Below the pieces are notes generated by a model. The model was not told where the DNA came from and made no database searches. It saw only the letters and a list, made by a program, of their open reading frames with translations. DNA of 64,000 bases from Candidatus Hikarchaeum yamanae (GTDB lineage Archaea; Halobacteriota; Halobacteria; Halobacteriales; Hikarchaeaceae). Below, piece by piece: positions 1 through 7,604 of this stretch (positions are counted from its first letter, which is position 1; every line of letters begins with the position of its first letter). The stretch is taken from assembly GCA_009889635.1 (NCBI GenBank), contig WTZQ01000003.1, positions 72,417-136,416 on the forward strand, given 5' to 3'. The position numbers and the translations under genes were made by a program.

Positions 1-1
1 T

Positions 2-796
2 GTATTCTACACAGTTAGTACAGGTGCCCTTGGTTTATTAAAGAACGAAGGAATGACAGTTCCCGTTAATGCAGATGTAATCAGTGCCGGGCGAGAAGGC
101 TATCTCGACCCCGAGGGACATTGGATCGGAACATCTGGTAGGCTTCGTTGCATCGCATACAACACAAAAGAAGTCGATGCATCTACAATCCCTAAAAGTA
201 TCTTTGACCTCCCCAAAGTTGAGGCACTCAAAGACAAGATGGGATGGGCACCAACATATGGGTCCCACGCAGATTTCATCACATGCATGAGATATTTACA
301 TGGAAAAGACAAAACGCTGCAATGGTTAAAAGACATGAAAGCAGCTGGTGTCAAAAACTATGCAAAGGAAAGTAATGTGACCGAAGCGATCCTAGCTGGG
401 GAGATTCATGCTGGTCCTGTAAACCACTACTACCCTATGAGGGTAAAGAACGATCCAACAGGACATAGCTATGGATCTGGAGATCACATAGAATTGGCCT
501 TTACGGAAAACGATGCAGGAGTATTCATGAATGTTGCAGGAGCAACGATCGTCAAGAATCCACGGCAAAACTATGAACTCGCATCCAATTTCATTAGGCA
601 TCTTCTCTCCATTGAAGCACAACAATTCTTCATTGGGAATATGAAATTTGAGTATCCGATGATCCCTGGACTAGAAGCAGATCCACGTCTGCCAAAACTA
701 TCAGAACAAAAAACACCTAAAGTTGATCTGGTTAAGTTTGCTTCACAGGACATTAACGAAACTGTTGCCTTGCAAGAGGAAGCAGGAGTACTTTAA
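2..796 (+). CDS. Fe3+ ABC transporter substrate-binding protein (FbpA/FutA family), 5'-truncated by window
   Basis: Frame open from the window edge (VFYTVSTGALGLLKNEGM...). Motifs WIGTSGRLRCIAYN, VNHYY, NVAGA and FEYP are typical of FbpA; permease and ATPase genes lie downstream. Confidence 0.85.
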   Translation, partial: VFYTVSTGALGLLKNEGMTVPVNADVISAGREGYLDPEGHWIGTSGRLRCIAYNTKEVDASTIPKSIFDLPKVEALKDKMGWAPTYGSHADFITCMRYLHGKDKTLQWLKDMKAAGVKNYAKESNVTEAILAGEIHAGPVNHYYPMRVKNDPTGHSYGSGDHIELAFTENDAGVFMNVAGATIVKNPRQNYELASNFIRHLLSIEAQQFFIGNMKFEYPMIPGLEADPRLPKLSEQKTPKVDLVKFASQDINETVALQEEAGVL

Positions 797-810
797 ATTT
801 AAAATGGGAA

Positions 811-842
811 TTCTCACTTAAATGTGAGAACGTCTCTCTTTG
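811..842 (+). terminator. hairpin plus pyrimidine tract after the SBP gene
   Basis: TTCTCAC-TTAAAT-GTGAGAA perfect inverted repeat (811-830) followed by CTCTCTTT. Confidence 0.45.
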
Positions 843-874
843 TAATTTAAATCATCAATCTAAAACCATATCAA

Positions 875-968
875 GGGACCTGTGCAATTTGATAGTATGT
901 GTCACCTGAGGCACCAGCTTCTGACATGAGCAGAATGCTGTTACTCGGTTCGAACCCGAGTGGTCCCA
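875..968 (+). ncRNA. tRNA-like RNA / pseudo-tRNA with long variable arm and non-canonical anticodon loop
   Basis: Acceptor GGGACC/GGTCCC+A; canonical T-arm CTCGG-TTCGAAC-CCGAG; D-like arm TGC-AATTTGATA-GTA; stem GTGTC/GGCAC with a 6-nt loop; extra arm CAGCTTCTG-ACATGAG-CAGAATGCTG; TATA-like TTTAAAT at 846-852. Confidence 0.6.
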
Positions 969-1036
969 ATAGGGTCTTATTGGTAGATAATACATATAAA
1001 AATCTGAAAAATATCAACAAACTTTAGGAAACCAAA

Positions 1037-1177
1037 ATGGACCTATATAAAAACCGTCATAAAATTAATTTTAATCAGAAAGATCGAATGTGCACTTGTG
1101 AGGAAGGAGCGTCTGAATCAAATAAGATATGCTTATGTGGGAGGTATACAAACGTCATATCAGACTTAAATGGATGA
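1037..1177 (+). CDS. putative small Cys-rich protein/uORF (CxC-x10-CxC), overlapping hemH start
   Basis: Manual translation MDLYKNRHKINFNQKDRMCTCEEGASESNKICLCGRYTNVISDLNG*. The stop overlaps the hemH ATG (ATGGATGA). Below the ORF-track size cutoff. Confidence 0.35.
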   Translation: MDLYKNRHKINFNQKDRMCTCEEGASESNKICLCGRYTNVISDLNG

Positions 1178-2189
1178 GGCAATTTTATTAGTTAATTTAG
1201 GATCTCCAGAGTCGCCCGAACCTTCTGACGTTAAGAAATACTTAGATGAATTTTTGATGGACAAACACGTTATTGACCTACCATATTTGTTAAGATACCT
1301 CCTCATAAAAGGAATTATTTTAAATGTGAGGCCAAAGCAAAGTGCAGAAGCATATTCGTTAATATGGACTGATAAATCCCCACTAATAGATATCAGCGAA
1401 AAGGTTCAAGACAAATTGTCCCGCATATCAGAAATTCCGGTGGAACTTGCCATGCGCTATGGATCTCCTAGTATGGAATCTACCATTGAGAAAATGGTTT
1501 TAGAGCATTCCGATTTAAGAGATCTAATCATTTGTCCACTTTATCCGCATTATGCAATGGCTAGTACAAAATCGGTTATAGAGCATGCAAATCAAATAAT
1601 TCGGGATAGATTCCCGAGACTTACTTTGCAATATGTAGGTCCATTTTATAATCACCCAGACTATATCTCAGTCCTATCCAAAATTATCGAAAAAAATCTT
1701 GGTGATTCAGACTATTTATTATTTAGTTACCATGGAATTCCCGTTAGACATGTTAAAAAGATGGATCCCAACAAAGATCATTGTTTTAAATATAAAGATT
1801 GTTGCCATATCCCAAATCCGCAATGTCACTCCATTTGTTATCCGCATCAAGTCAAACAGACTACAGAATGCGTTGCGAATGCACTTTCGTTGGAAAGGGA
1901 TAAATGGAGTTGGTCTTTTCAATCGAGACTTGGATTTGATGAATGGCTTGGTCCCTCGACAGAAGATGAAATTAAACGCCTGGCTAAAAATGGAGTACAA
2001 AAACTAGCCATTTGCTGCCCTTCGTTTATAGCAGATTGTTTGGAAACATTGGAGGAGATTGGGATCCGGGGAAATGAGATTTTCATAGAAAATGGAGGTA
2101 GGGAATTCACACTGATTCCTTGTTTAAATGATGATGATGAATGGGTATCTACACTCTCTAAAATTATTAAAGATAATATACAGCGATAA
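1170..2189 (+). CDS. hemH: ferrochelatase (protoporphyrin type, bacterial-like)
   Basis: LLVNLGSP, MRYGSP, PLYPHYA, LFSYHGIP, FQSRLG...W.GP, FIADCLETLEEI motifs; internal C-x5-CC Cys cluster. Confidence 0.92.
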   Translation: MDEAILLVNLGSPESPEPSDVKKYLDEFLMDKHVIDLPYLLRYLLIKGIILNVRPKQSAEAYSLIWTDKSPLIDISEKVQDKLSRISEIPVELAMRYGSPSMESTIEKMVLEHSDLRDLIICPLYPHYAMASTKSVIEHANQIIRDRFPRLTLQYVGPFYNHPDYISVLSKIIEKNLGDSDYLLFSYHGIPVRHVKKMDPNKDHCFKYKDCCHIPNPQCHSICYPHQVKQTTECVANALSLERDKWSWSFQSRLGFDEWLGPSTEDEIKRLAKNGVQKLAICCPSFIADCLETLEEIGIRGNEIFIENGGREFTLIPCLNDDDEWVSTLSKIIKDNIQR

Positions 2190-2247
2190 TATCTTTAATT
2201 TCAATTTTGTTCAATGACTATTTCAATCCGTACTGCATACATCTAAC

Positions 2248-3816
2248 GTGAAAAAATATCCCCGGACGATACTGTTTTCCATAATTGCTTCCTCAACTAT
2301 TGCAGGTTTAATCCTAATACCTTCAGTGTGGTTAGTGATAACTGCGATAACAGTTCCATTTGCAGACTTAATTACTATACTTTCCCGGGGAAAAACGATT
2401 CAAATACTGATTAATAGCATTGTGATGGTGTCATTGACAACCCTGTGCACTATTTTGATTGCAGTCCCTCTTGCATTCATAACGACTTGTACAGACATAT
2501 CATACAAACGGTTTTGGACCGCCATGGTTTGTTTGCCACTAGTAATTCCAAGCTACATAGGTGCATTCGCCTATGTTTCGACATTTGGCCCAAATGGTAC
2601 GCTCCAAAAGATGCTTTTGCCCATAGGGGTGGAAGAATTGCCATCCATATATGGCCTTTCTGGGACTGTAATTGTACTCACATTGTATACCTACCCTTAC
2701 GTGTACCTTACCACTAGGGCTGCGTTAAAAACCATTGATCCTCAAACGATCGATGTTTCTAGGACCCTTGGAGTCAATCGGTGGATAACATTTAGTAGAG
2801 TTATTTGGAAACAAATATACCCTGCAGTGATTGCAGGGGCACTATTAGTTTCGCTTTATTGTCTATCCGATTTTGGAACTCCTGCAATAATGAGATATGA
2901 TGTATTTACACGTGCGATATATATCAAAAGGTTTGATTTGGGGTTCTCCGCGATATTGTCATTGATCTTATTATTGTTTGCAATTGTGATCTTGTCGATG
3001 GAATCTAGAGCTCATAAGTCAGTTATCGATCGAAAAACCATTGATTTTAAAGGGACACTTCAGATCCAATTAGGAAAGTGGAAAGGTTTATCTACGGTAT
3101 TTCCACTATTAGTGGCTTTTTTTGGAATTGCCATCCCCCTAATAACATTTTTTGGTTGGTTTAGTTTAGATCCCGTTTATGGAAGTGTTTTCACGATCCC
3201 GTATAAGCACATATTCAATTCGGTTTTAGTATCGTTTGCAGCGGCCACGGTGATAACATTGGCTAGTACCCCTGTGTCACATCTCATTGTTAGAAAGATA
3301 CCACCTTGGTATGGTATTATTCAAAAATCCTCCTATATTGGCTATGCGATGCCCGGCGTGGTCATAGGTCTGGCTTTAATTTTCTTTGGATCTAGATACC
3401 TTGGCTCTTATTACCAGACATTACCTCTTTTAATTTTTGCATATGCCATTCGTTTCTTCCCACTTTCAATTGGATCCAATACCGCTGCAATTTCTAGTGT
3501 AGACATTGGATTGGTTCACGCATCGAGAACACTAGGTGTGGGTCCAATAAGATCGTTCCTTAAAGTTACATTCCCCTTGGTTACCCCGAGTTGGCTTGCA
3601 GGGTTTTGTTTGGTATTTTTGACAGTTATGAAAGAGCTTCCGATAACATTGATGCTACGACCCACGGGGTTTGAAACGCTGGTCACATTGATTTGGATGG
3701 CAGAAGACGCAAATTTTTATGGTGATGCCGCATTACCAATAGTAATGCTGTTAATAGTATCTGGCCTTTCGATGGTCCTACTCTTGATGCAGGAGGATTC
3801 AAATGGCCATGGATAA
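2248..3816 (+). CDS. iron ABC transporter permease (FbpB family)
   Basis: Two hydrophobic ABC-permease halves with EAA-like loops (IDVSRTLG, VHASRTLG), SDFGTP and MKELP. Confidence 0.88.
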   Translation: MKKYPRTILFSIIASSTIAGLILIPSVWLVITAITVPFADLITILSRGKTIQILINSIVMVSLTTLCTILIAVPLAFITTCTDISYKRFWTAMVCLPLVIPSYIGAFAYVSTFGPNGTLQKMLLPIGVEELPSIYGLSGTVIVLTLYTYPYVYLTTRAALKTIDPQTIDVSRTLGVNRWITFSRVIWKQIYPAVIAGALLVSLYCLSDFGTPAIMRYDVFTRAIYIKRFDLGFSAILSLILLLFAIVILSMESRAHKSVIDRKTIDFKGTLQIQLGKWKGLSTVFPLLVAFFGIAIPLITFFGWFSLDPVYGSVFTIPYKHIFNSVLVSFAAATVITLASTPVSHLIVRKIPPWYGIIQKSSYIGYAMPGVVIGLALIFFGSRYLGSYYQTLPLLIFAYAIRFFPLSIGSNTAAISSVDIGLVHASRTLGVGPIRSFLKVTFPLVTPSWLAGFCLVFLTVMKELPITLMLRPTGFETLVTLIWMAEDANFYGDAALPIVMLLIVSGLSMVLLLMQEDSNGHG

Positions 3817-4933
3817 TTCCAAGTCATTTGATGTATGGCCCCCCCTTCGAGGTGAAGGTCCGAAAAATCCAATTCTAGAAATAGAAAATATGTTTAAAAA
3901 CTTTGGAAAAAACCGAATACTTTCAAACTTATCTTTTTCTGTTGGAAAAGGGGAATTATTAACACTTTTGGGTGCTTCAGGAAGTGGAAAAACCACGATA
4001 CTAAGGTGCATAGCAGGATTACAAGAAATAGACGGAGGAACAATTAAGATCCATGATGAATTAGTGAGTAGTCCCGAAGTACTAGTTCCTCCCGAAAAAC
4101 GAGGAGTTGGGATTGTATTTCAAAATTTGGCCCTATTTCCTCATTTGACTGTTAGCCAAAATGTTTCTTTTGGGATAAACAAATACGACCTAGAATTATA
4201 CCCCGAAAAAGTAGATGACTTATTAGAATTGGTGGGCCTTTCTCACAAGAAGGATTGTTACCCAAACGAGCTTTCTGGTGGACAAAAGCAACGGATTGCT
4301 CTTGCAAGATCATTGGCACCCAACCCCTCAATTTTACTTTTAGATGAGCCATTTTCTAGTATTGATGCAGGACTTAGAATTGAAATGAGAGAAGAACTTA
4401 GAACGATTTTAAAAACTACGGGGACAACCACTATATTTGTTACTCATGATCAAGAGGAGGCATTATCCATTTCAGATAGAGTTCTAATCCTCAAAAACGG
4501 CAGAATAGAGCAATCTGGATCCCCCCAAGAATTATTTAATTATCCCCGATCCAGATTCGTGGCAAGTTTTTTGGGACATGCAAGCTTCATTTCGGGATTC
4601 CTAGACGGAGATACTATTTCGACAATGGTAGGTGATATCAATCGAGAAAATATATATGGGCTTTCTAAAGAATATGATAATCTAAATATGGAAATTTTGT
4701 TTCGACCAGAAGATCTTAAAATAGACTTGTGCAATCCAAAAGATGCCAATGGGACCATTACATATCAACGCTATCTAGGTGAGAAAGTACTGTACAAAGT
4801 GGCTTTGTTGAACGGAGAGATAATACAATGTTCTGCCCCGACCAATTCGAACATGCCTCTTAACTCATTTGTGTGTGTGTCAATAGAATCTGAAGGGAAA
4901 TTGGCCTGGTTCCCATCTACTCATATCGATTAA
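3803..4933 (+). CDS. iron ABC transporter ATP-binding protein (FbpC/PotA family)
   Basis: Walker A GASGSGKTT, LSGGQKQRIALARSL, LLLDEPF, VTHDQEEA, TOBE-like C-terminus. Confidence 0.9.
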   Translation: MAMDNSKSFDVWPPLRGEGPKNPILEIENMFKNFGKNRILSNLSFSVGKGELLTLLGASGSGKTTILRCIAGLQEIDGGTIKIHDELVSSPEVLVPPEKRGVGIVFQNLALFPHLTVSQNVSFGINKYDLELYPEKVDDLLELVGLSHKKDCYPNELSGGQKQRIALARSLAPNPSILLLDEPFSSIDAGLRIEMREELRTILKTTGTTTIFVTHDQEEALSISDRVLILKNGRIEQSGSPQELFNYPRSRFVASFLGHASFISGFLDGDTISTMVGDINRENIYGLSKEYDNLNMEILFRPEDLKIDLCNPKDANGTITYQRYLGEKVLYKVALLNGEIIQCSAPTNSNMPLNSFVCVSIESEGKLAWFPSTHID

Positions 4934-4951
4934 ATATAAGTGGATTTGAAA

Positions 4952-5090
4952 GTATAGCAGTATTTTGTTTATCTGTTCCAAATAAAACATAAATATACGC
5001 GTATAGCAGTATTTTGTTTAAATGTTCCATATTAAACAATTTGTGAATTGGCATATTGCAATATTTTGTTTGTCTGTTTCAAATAAAACA
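4952..5090. repeat. three imperfect 38-bp direct repeats
   Basis: Copies at 4952-4989, 5001-5038 and 5053-5090; copy 1 is GTATAGCAGTATTTTGTTTATCTGTTCCAAATAAAACA; copies 2 and 3 match it at 34/38 and 33/38; spacers 11 and 14 nt. Confidence 0.9.
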
Positions 5091-5100
5091 GAATTTTTTT

Positions 5101-6132
5101 TTAAACTAACAATGAATAAATATTTTTTTCATAAACGATTCTAACTCTATCGCCCCAATTATGAGTATAAGTTTCAATAATATCGTCTGCGACGTCTCCA
5201 CGTAGATATTTAACAATACCTCGGTCTCCTGTTTCATTTCTTAAATTGGTAGTAAAAAAGTGACGGAAATAATGAGGAGTTACATTCTCTTCTGCCCCTG
5301 CCCCAGGGGAATGCCATCCGGTGGTTTTAGTATATTCTAAAAGTCTGGAACGAACGATACTAGGGGTGATCCTATGCCCCCATTTTGAAGTGCTAAGGAA
5401 CACAGGTTCTGCCGGAGAATTGGAATCTGGCCGAATGGAAAGCCATACTTTTAAAGTATGATATAATTCATTATCAATAGGCACTATGGTGTCACGTTTC
5501 CGTTTATTTGATGCAGTTCTTACCTCGCCGTTGTAGATTTCTCCTCGAGTGGGTTCTTTTGAGATATACAAAGTCTTTGATCGGTCCCCAATTGCACCTC
5601 TTGGTTTTATTTTATATGTGAAAGTTACATCTTGGTCCACTAAATTTAAATCTCTTAAGTCTAGGTTACAAAGCTCTCCAACCCTCATTCCTGTTTTTAG
5701 TAAAGTAACAATAATTGCCCGATCCAAAGGGTGTGAAATATTTTTTAAAAATTTCTGCATACTTTTTAATGAAATATCCCTTCGTATTGGGTTTGATTCT
5801 ATTGATTCTGTCAACTCTTCAACGACTAGCAGCATGGGGTTTGAATTTAATATCCCTACATTGGACATATACCTATAGAATCGATTGACATACGACGCAT
5901 ATGTTGCAATAGTACTTGGAGAAGATATTTTACGAATGCCATGTAGCCAAGCCATGCAATCTCTATGAGTAGCGTTATTGATTTTAGTACCACATTCGTT
6001 GTTCAAAAACAATTGAAAGTCGGTGAGTACTCGAAAATATGCATCTTGAGTTCTTTTAGATCTACCATGGTATTCCATGTCCTGTATGAAATAGGCAATA
6101 GGATCACTACGATTGAGATTTGGTTTTACCAT
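5101..6132 (-). CDS. tyrosine recombinase/integrase (haloarchaeal XerC/D-like)
   Basis: SAM-like N-domain, TGMRVGEL (catalytic R), HYFRH (HxxR), LRGD and IETYTH (catalytic Y). Confidence 0.9.
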   Translation of the reverse strand: MVKPNLNRSDPIAYFIQDMEYHGRSKRTQDAYFRVLTDFQLFLNNECGTKINNATHRDCMAWLHGIRKISSPSTIATYASYVNRFYRYMSNVGILNSNPMLLVVEELTESIESNPIRRDISLKSMQKFLKNISHPLDRAIIVTLLKTGMRVGELCNLDLRDLNLVDQDVTFTYKIKPRGAIGDRSKTLYISKEPTRGEIYNGEVRTASNKRKRDTIVPIDNELYHTLKVWLSIRPDSNSPAEPVFLSTSKWGHRITPSIVRSRLLEYTKTTGWHSPGAGAEENVTPHYFRHFFTTNLRNETGDRGIVKYLRGDVADDIIETYTHNWGDRVRIVYEKNIYSLLV

Positions 6133-6134
6133 AG

Positions 6135-6539
6135 TTAATCTCGCAAAAGTGTATAGCCACCTAGCCTCCCATTATACCTAATTATATTTTCTTCTTGGAG
6201 TTGTGTTAATGCAAGTTCCATTTCATCTTCCAAATCTACTGTGAGTTTTTGCACTAGTTTGTCCCAACCCAAACACTCGTCGTTTTGGAGAAAATTTAGA
6301 AGTTGTATTTTTACTCCCGATACCCCGGGGGTTTTGTTATCAAAATTGACTTTCAATATATTTTCATTATTTTTAGTTCCAATGTCAAAATCACGCCTAC
6401 CTGCCTGAACCATCGCCCGTACAAATTCACTCAGATTCATGTCTAAAAGTCCTGCGTGCTGTTTCCATAAATCCCGTTGATATTCTGGGACATATGTATT
6501 GATTGTCACACGAGTATCGTTTGAGGTTTCAAGTTCCAT
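6135..6539 (-). CDS. DUF5805-like protein (RHH-like N-terminus plus winged-helix C-terminus), partner of the recombinase
   Basis: TYVPEYQRDLWKQHA..LDMNLSEFVRAMVQAGRRDF resembles the haloarchaeal family found next to this integrase type; start moved to ATG 6539. Confidence 0.75.
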   Translation of the reverse strand: MELETSNDTRVTINTYVPEYQRDLWKQHAGLLDMNLSEFVRAMVQAGRRDFDIGTKNNENILKVNFDNKTPGVSGVKIQLLNFLQNDECLGWDKLVQKLTVDLEDEMELALTQLQEENIIRYNGRLGGYTLLRD

Positions 6540-6570
6540 CTTATCAGGATATATTCCCAAATAACTTAAA

Positions 6571-6659
6571 TTTGACGATAATAATATTTATCGTTTTTTA
6601 TACAGGTATATTTTTCTTTTATTTATCTAAATTCGTTGATAAGTATATTTATAAATTAT
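6571..6659. promoter_or_regulatory. two dif-like 11-6-11 sites in an AT-rich intergenic region
   Basis: TTTGACGATAA-TAATAT-TTATCGTTTTT (6571-6598; perfect 7-bp arms ACGATAA/TTATCGT) and TTCGTTGATAA-GTATAT-TTATAAATTAT (6632-6659). Confidence 0.4.
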
Positions 6660-6683
6660 ATTCAACGATAATAAATAGATTTA

Positions 6684-7604
6684 CTAAACTTTATAGAACA
6701 AATCCTGTGGATCGAAGATATCAGATATCAAATGTTGATCATAGGCATATTGAATCATGGTTTCTAATTCAGCTTTCACATTTGAATTAAAATCAAAGGA
6801 TCTGGCCCATATATCTCCGAACACCTCTAACTCTTCTTCGATATACATAGTCCACCAGGCCAAGGGCCATTTAGTATCGTCAGTGATTCTAGTTAAATAT
6901 GAAGCATACGATTTTTGAAATAGCTCATATAATTCAGTGGCAACCCAGGGATCATTTTCAACAATTTCGTTTCTAATGACTATATCGTGCATAAGTGGAC
7001 AGAAACCTGATTTTTGAAAATATATTTTTTCTGCCTCACGAGGATCCGAATACATCCGAGCTACATTTTTGGGAAGTGGGTAGATCCTATTTGTTGTTGG
7101 TAGAAATAGGGCGTCTATTTTTCCTTGAGATAATTGCTCTGGTAATGTTTTATGGTCAACAATTTCCGGATCGTAGGGAACTTCAAATGTTTCGGGGCGC
7201 GAAGTGACCCACTCAATTGATTCTAAATCAACATCATAATATTCTGAAAGAATTCCTCTTGCCCAGAGTGCCAATGTATTTTGGTATTGATATATTGCGA
7301 CCCGTTTATTTTCTAGATCTTTTGGTTCAGTTATATTTGAATTTTGATTGACAAAGATATGAGAATGTGGAAAAAAGCGACGAGGGAACACGGGTAACCC
7401 AATGAATTCCCAATTGGGATACCCTATGATATGTTTAGCTAGAGAAAATTCTGCGACATCAAAATCTCCCCCAACTGTTCGATCGTGTATTCGGTTGCTA
7501 GGTGCATCTGTAAAAAATTGCAACTCTAGATCGTCAGATTTTACATAACCATGAATAAGTGGTTCTAGCCATTCGTAATCTTTACATCCTACTGTTAACT
7601 TCAT
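6684..7604 (-). CDS. 4,5-dihydroxyphthalate decarboxylase-like / SsuA-THI5 SBP-fold protein
   Basis: DVAEFSL, LPVFPRRFF.HS.I, PKDLENKRV, T.ALWARGIL motifs; no signal peptide. Confidence 0.7.
   Translation of the reverse strand: MKLTVGCKDYEWLEPLIHGYVKSDDLELQFFTDAPSNRIHDRTVGGDFDVAEFSLAKHIIGYPNWEFIGLPVFPRRFFPHSHIFVNQNSNITEPKDLENKRVAIYQYQNTLALWARGILSEYYDVDLESIEWVTSRPETFEVPYDPEIVDHKTLPEQLSQGKIDALFLPTTNRIYPLPKNVARMYSDPREAEKIYFQKSGFCPLMHDIVIRNEIVENDPWVATELYELFQKSYASYLTRITDDTKWPLAWWTMYIEEELEVFGDIWARSFDFNSNVKAELETMIQYAYDQHLISDIFDPQDLFYKV

Noticed and set aside
875-968. tRNA-Sec or tRNA-Pyl
   Set aside because: The long extra arm is suggestive, but there is no UCA/CUA anticodon in a 7-nt loop and no extended acceptor or D stem.
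1023-1037. DtxR/Idr-type iron box TTTAGGAAACCAAAA upstream of hemH
   Set aside because: Single imperfect palindrome with atypical spacing; not distinguishable from chance in AT-rich DNA.
4952-5090. CRISPR array
   Set aside because: Spacers are only 11 and 14 nt, repeats are degenerate, and there are no cas genes in the window.
5101-6539. Provirus or integrative element
   Set aside because: No viral or replication genes and no tRNA-derived att duplication seen; the recombinase-DUF5805 pair looks like a chromosomal locus.
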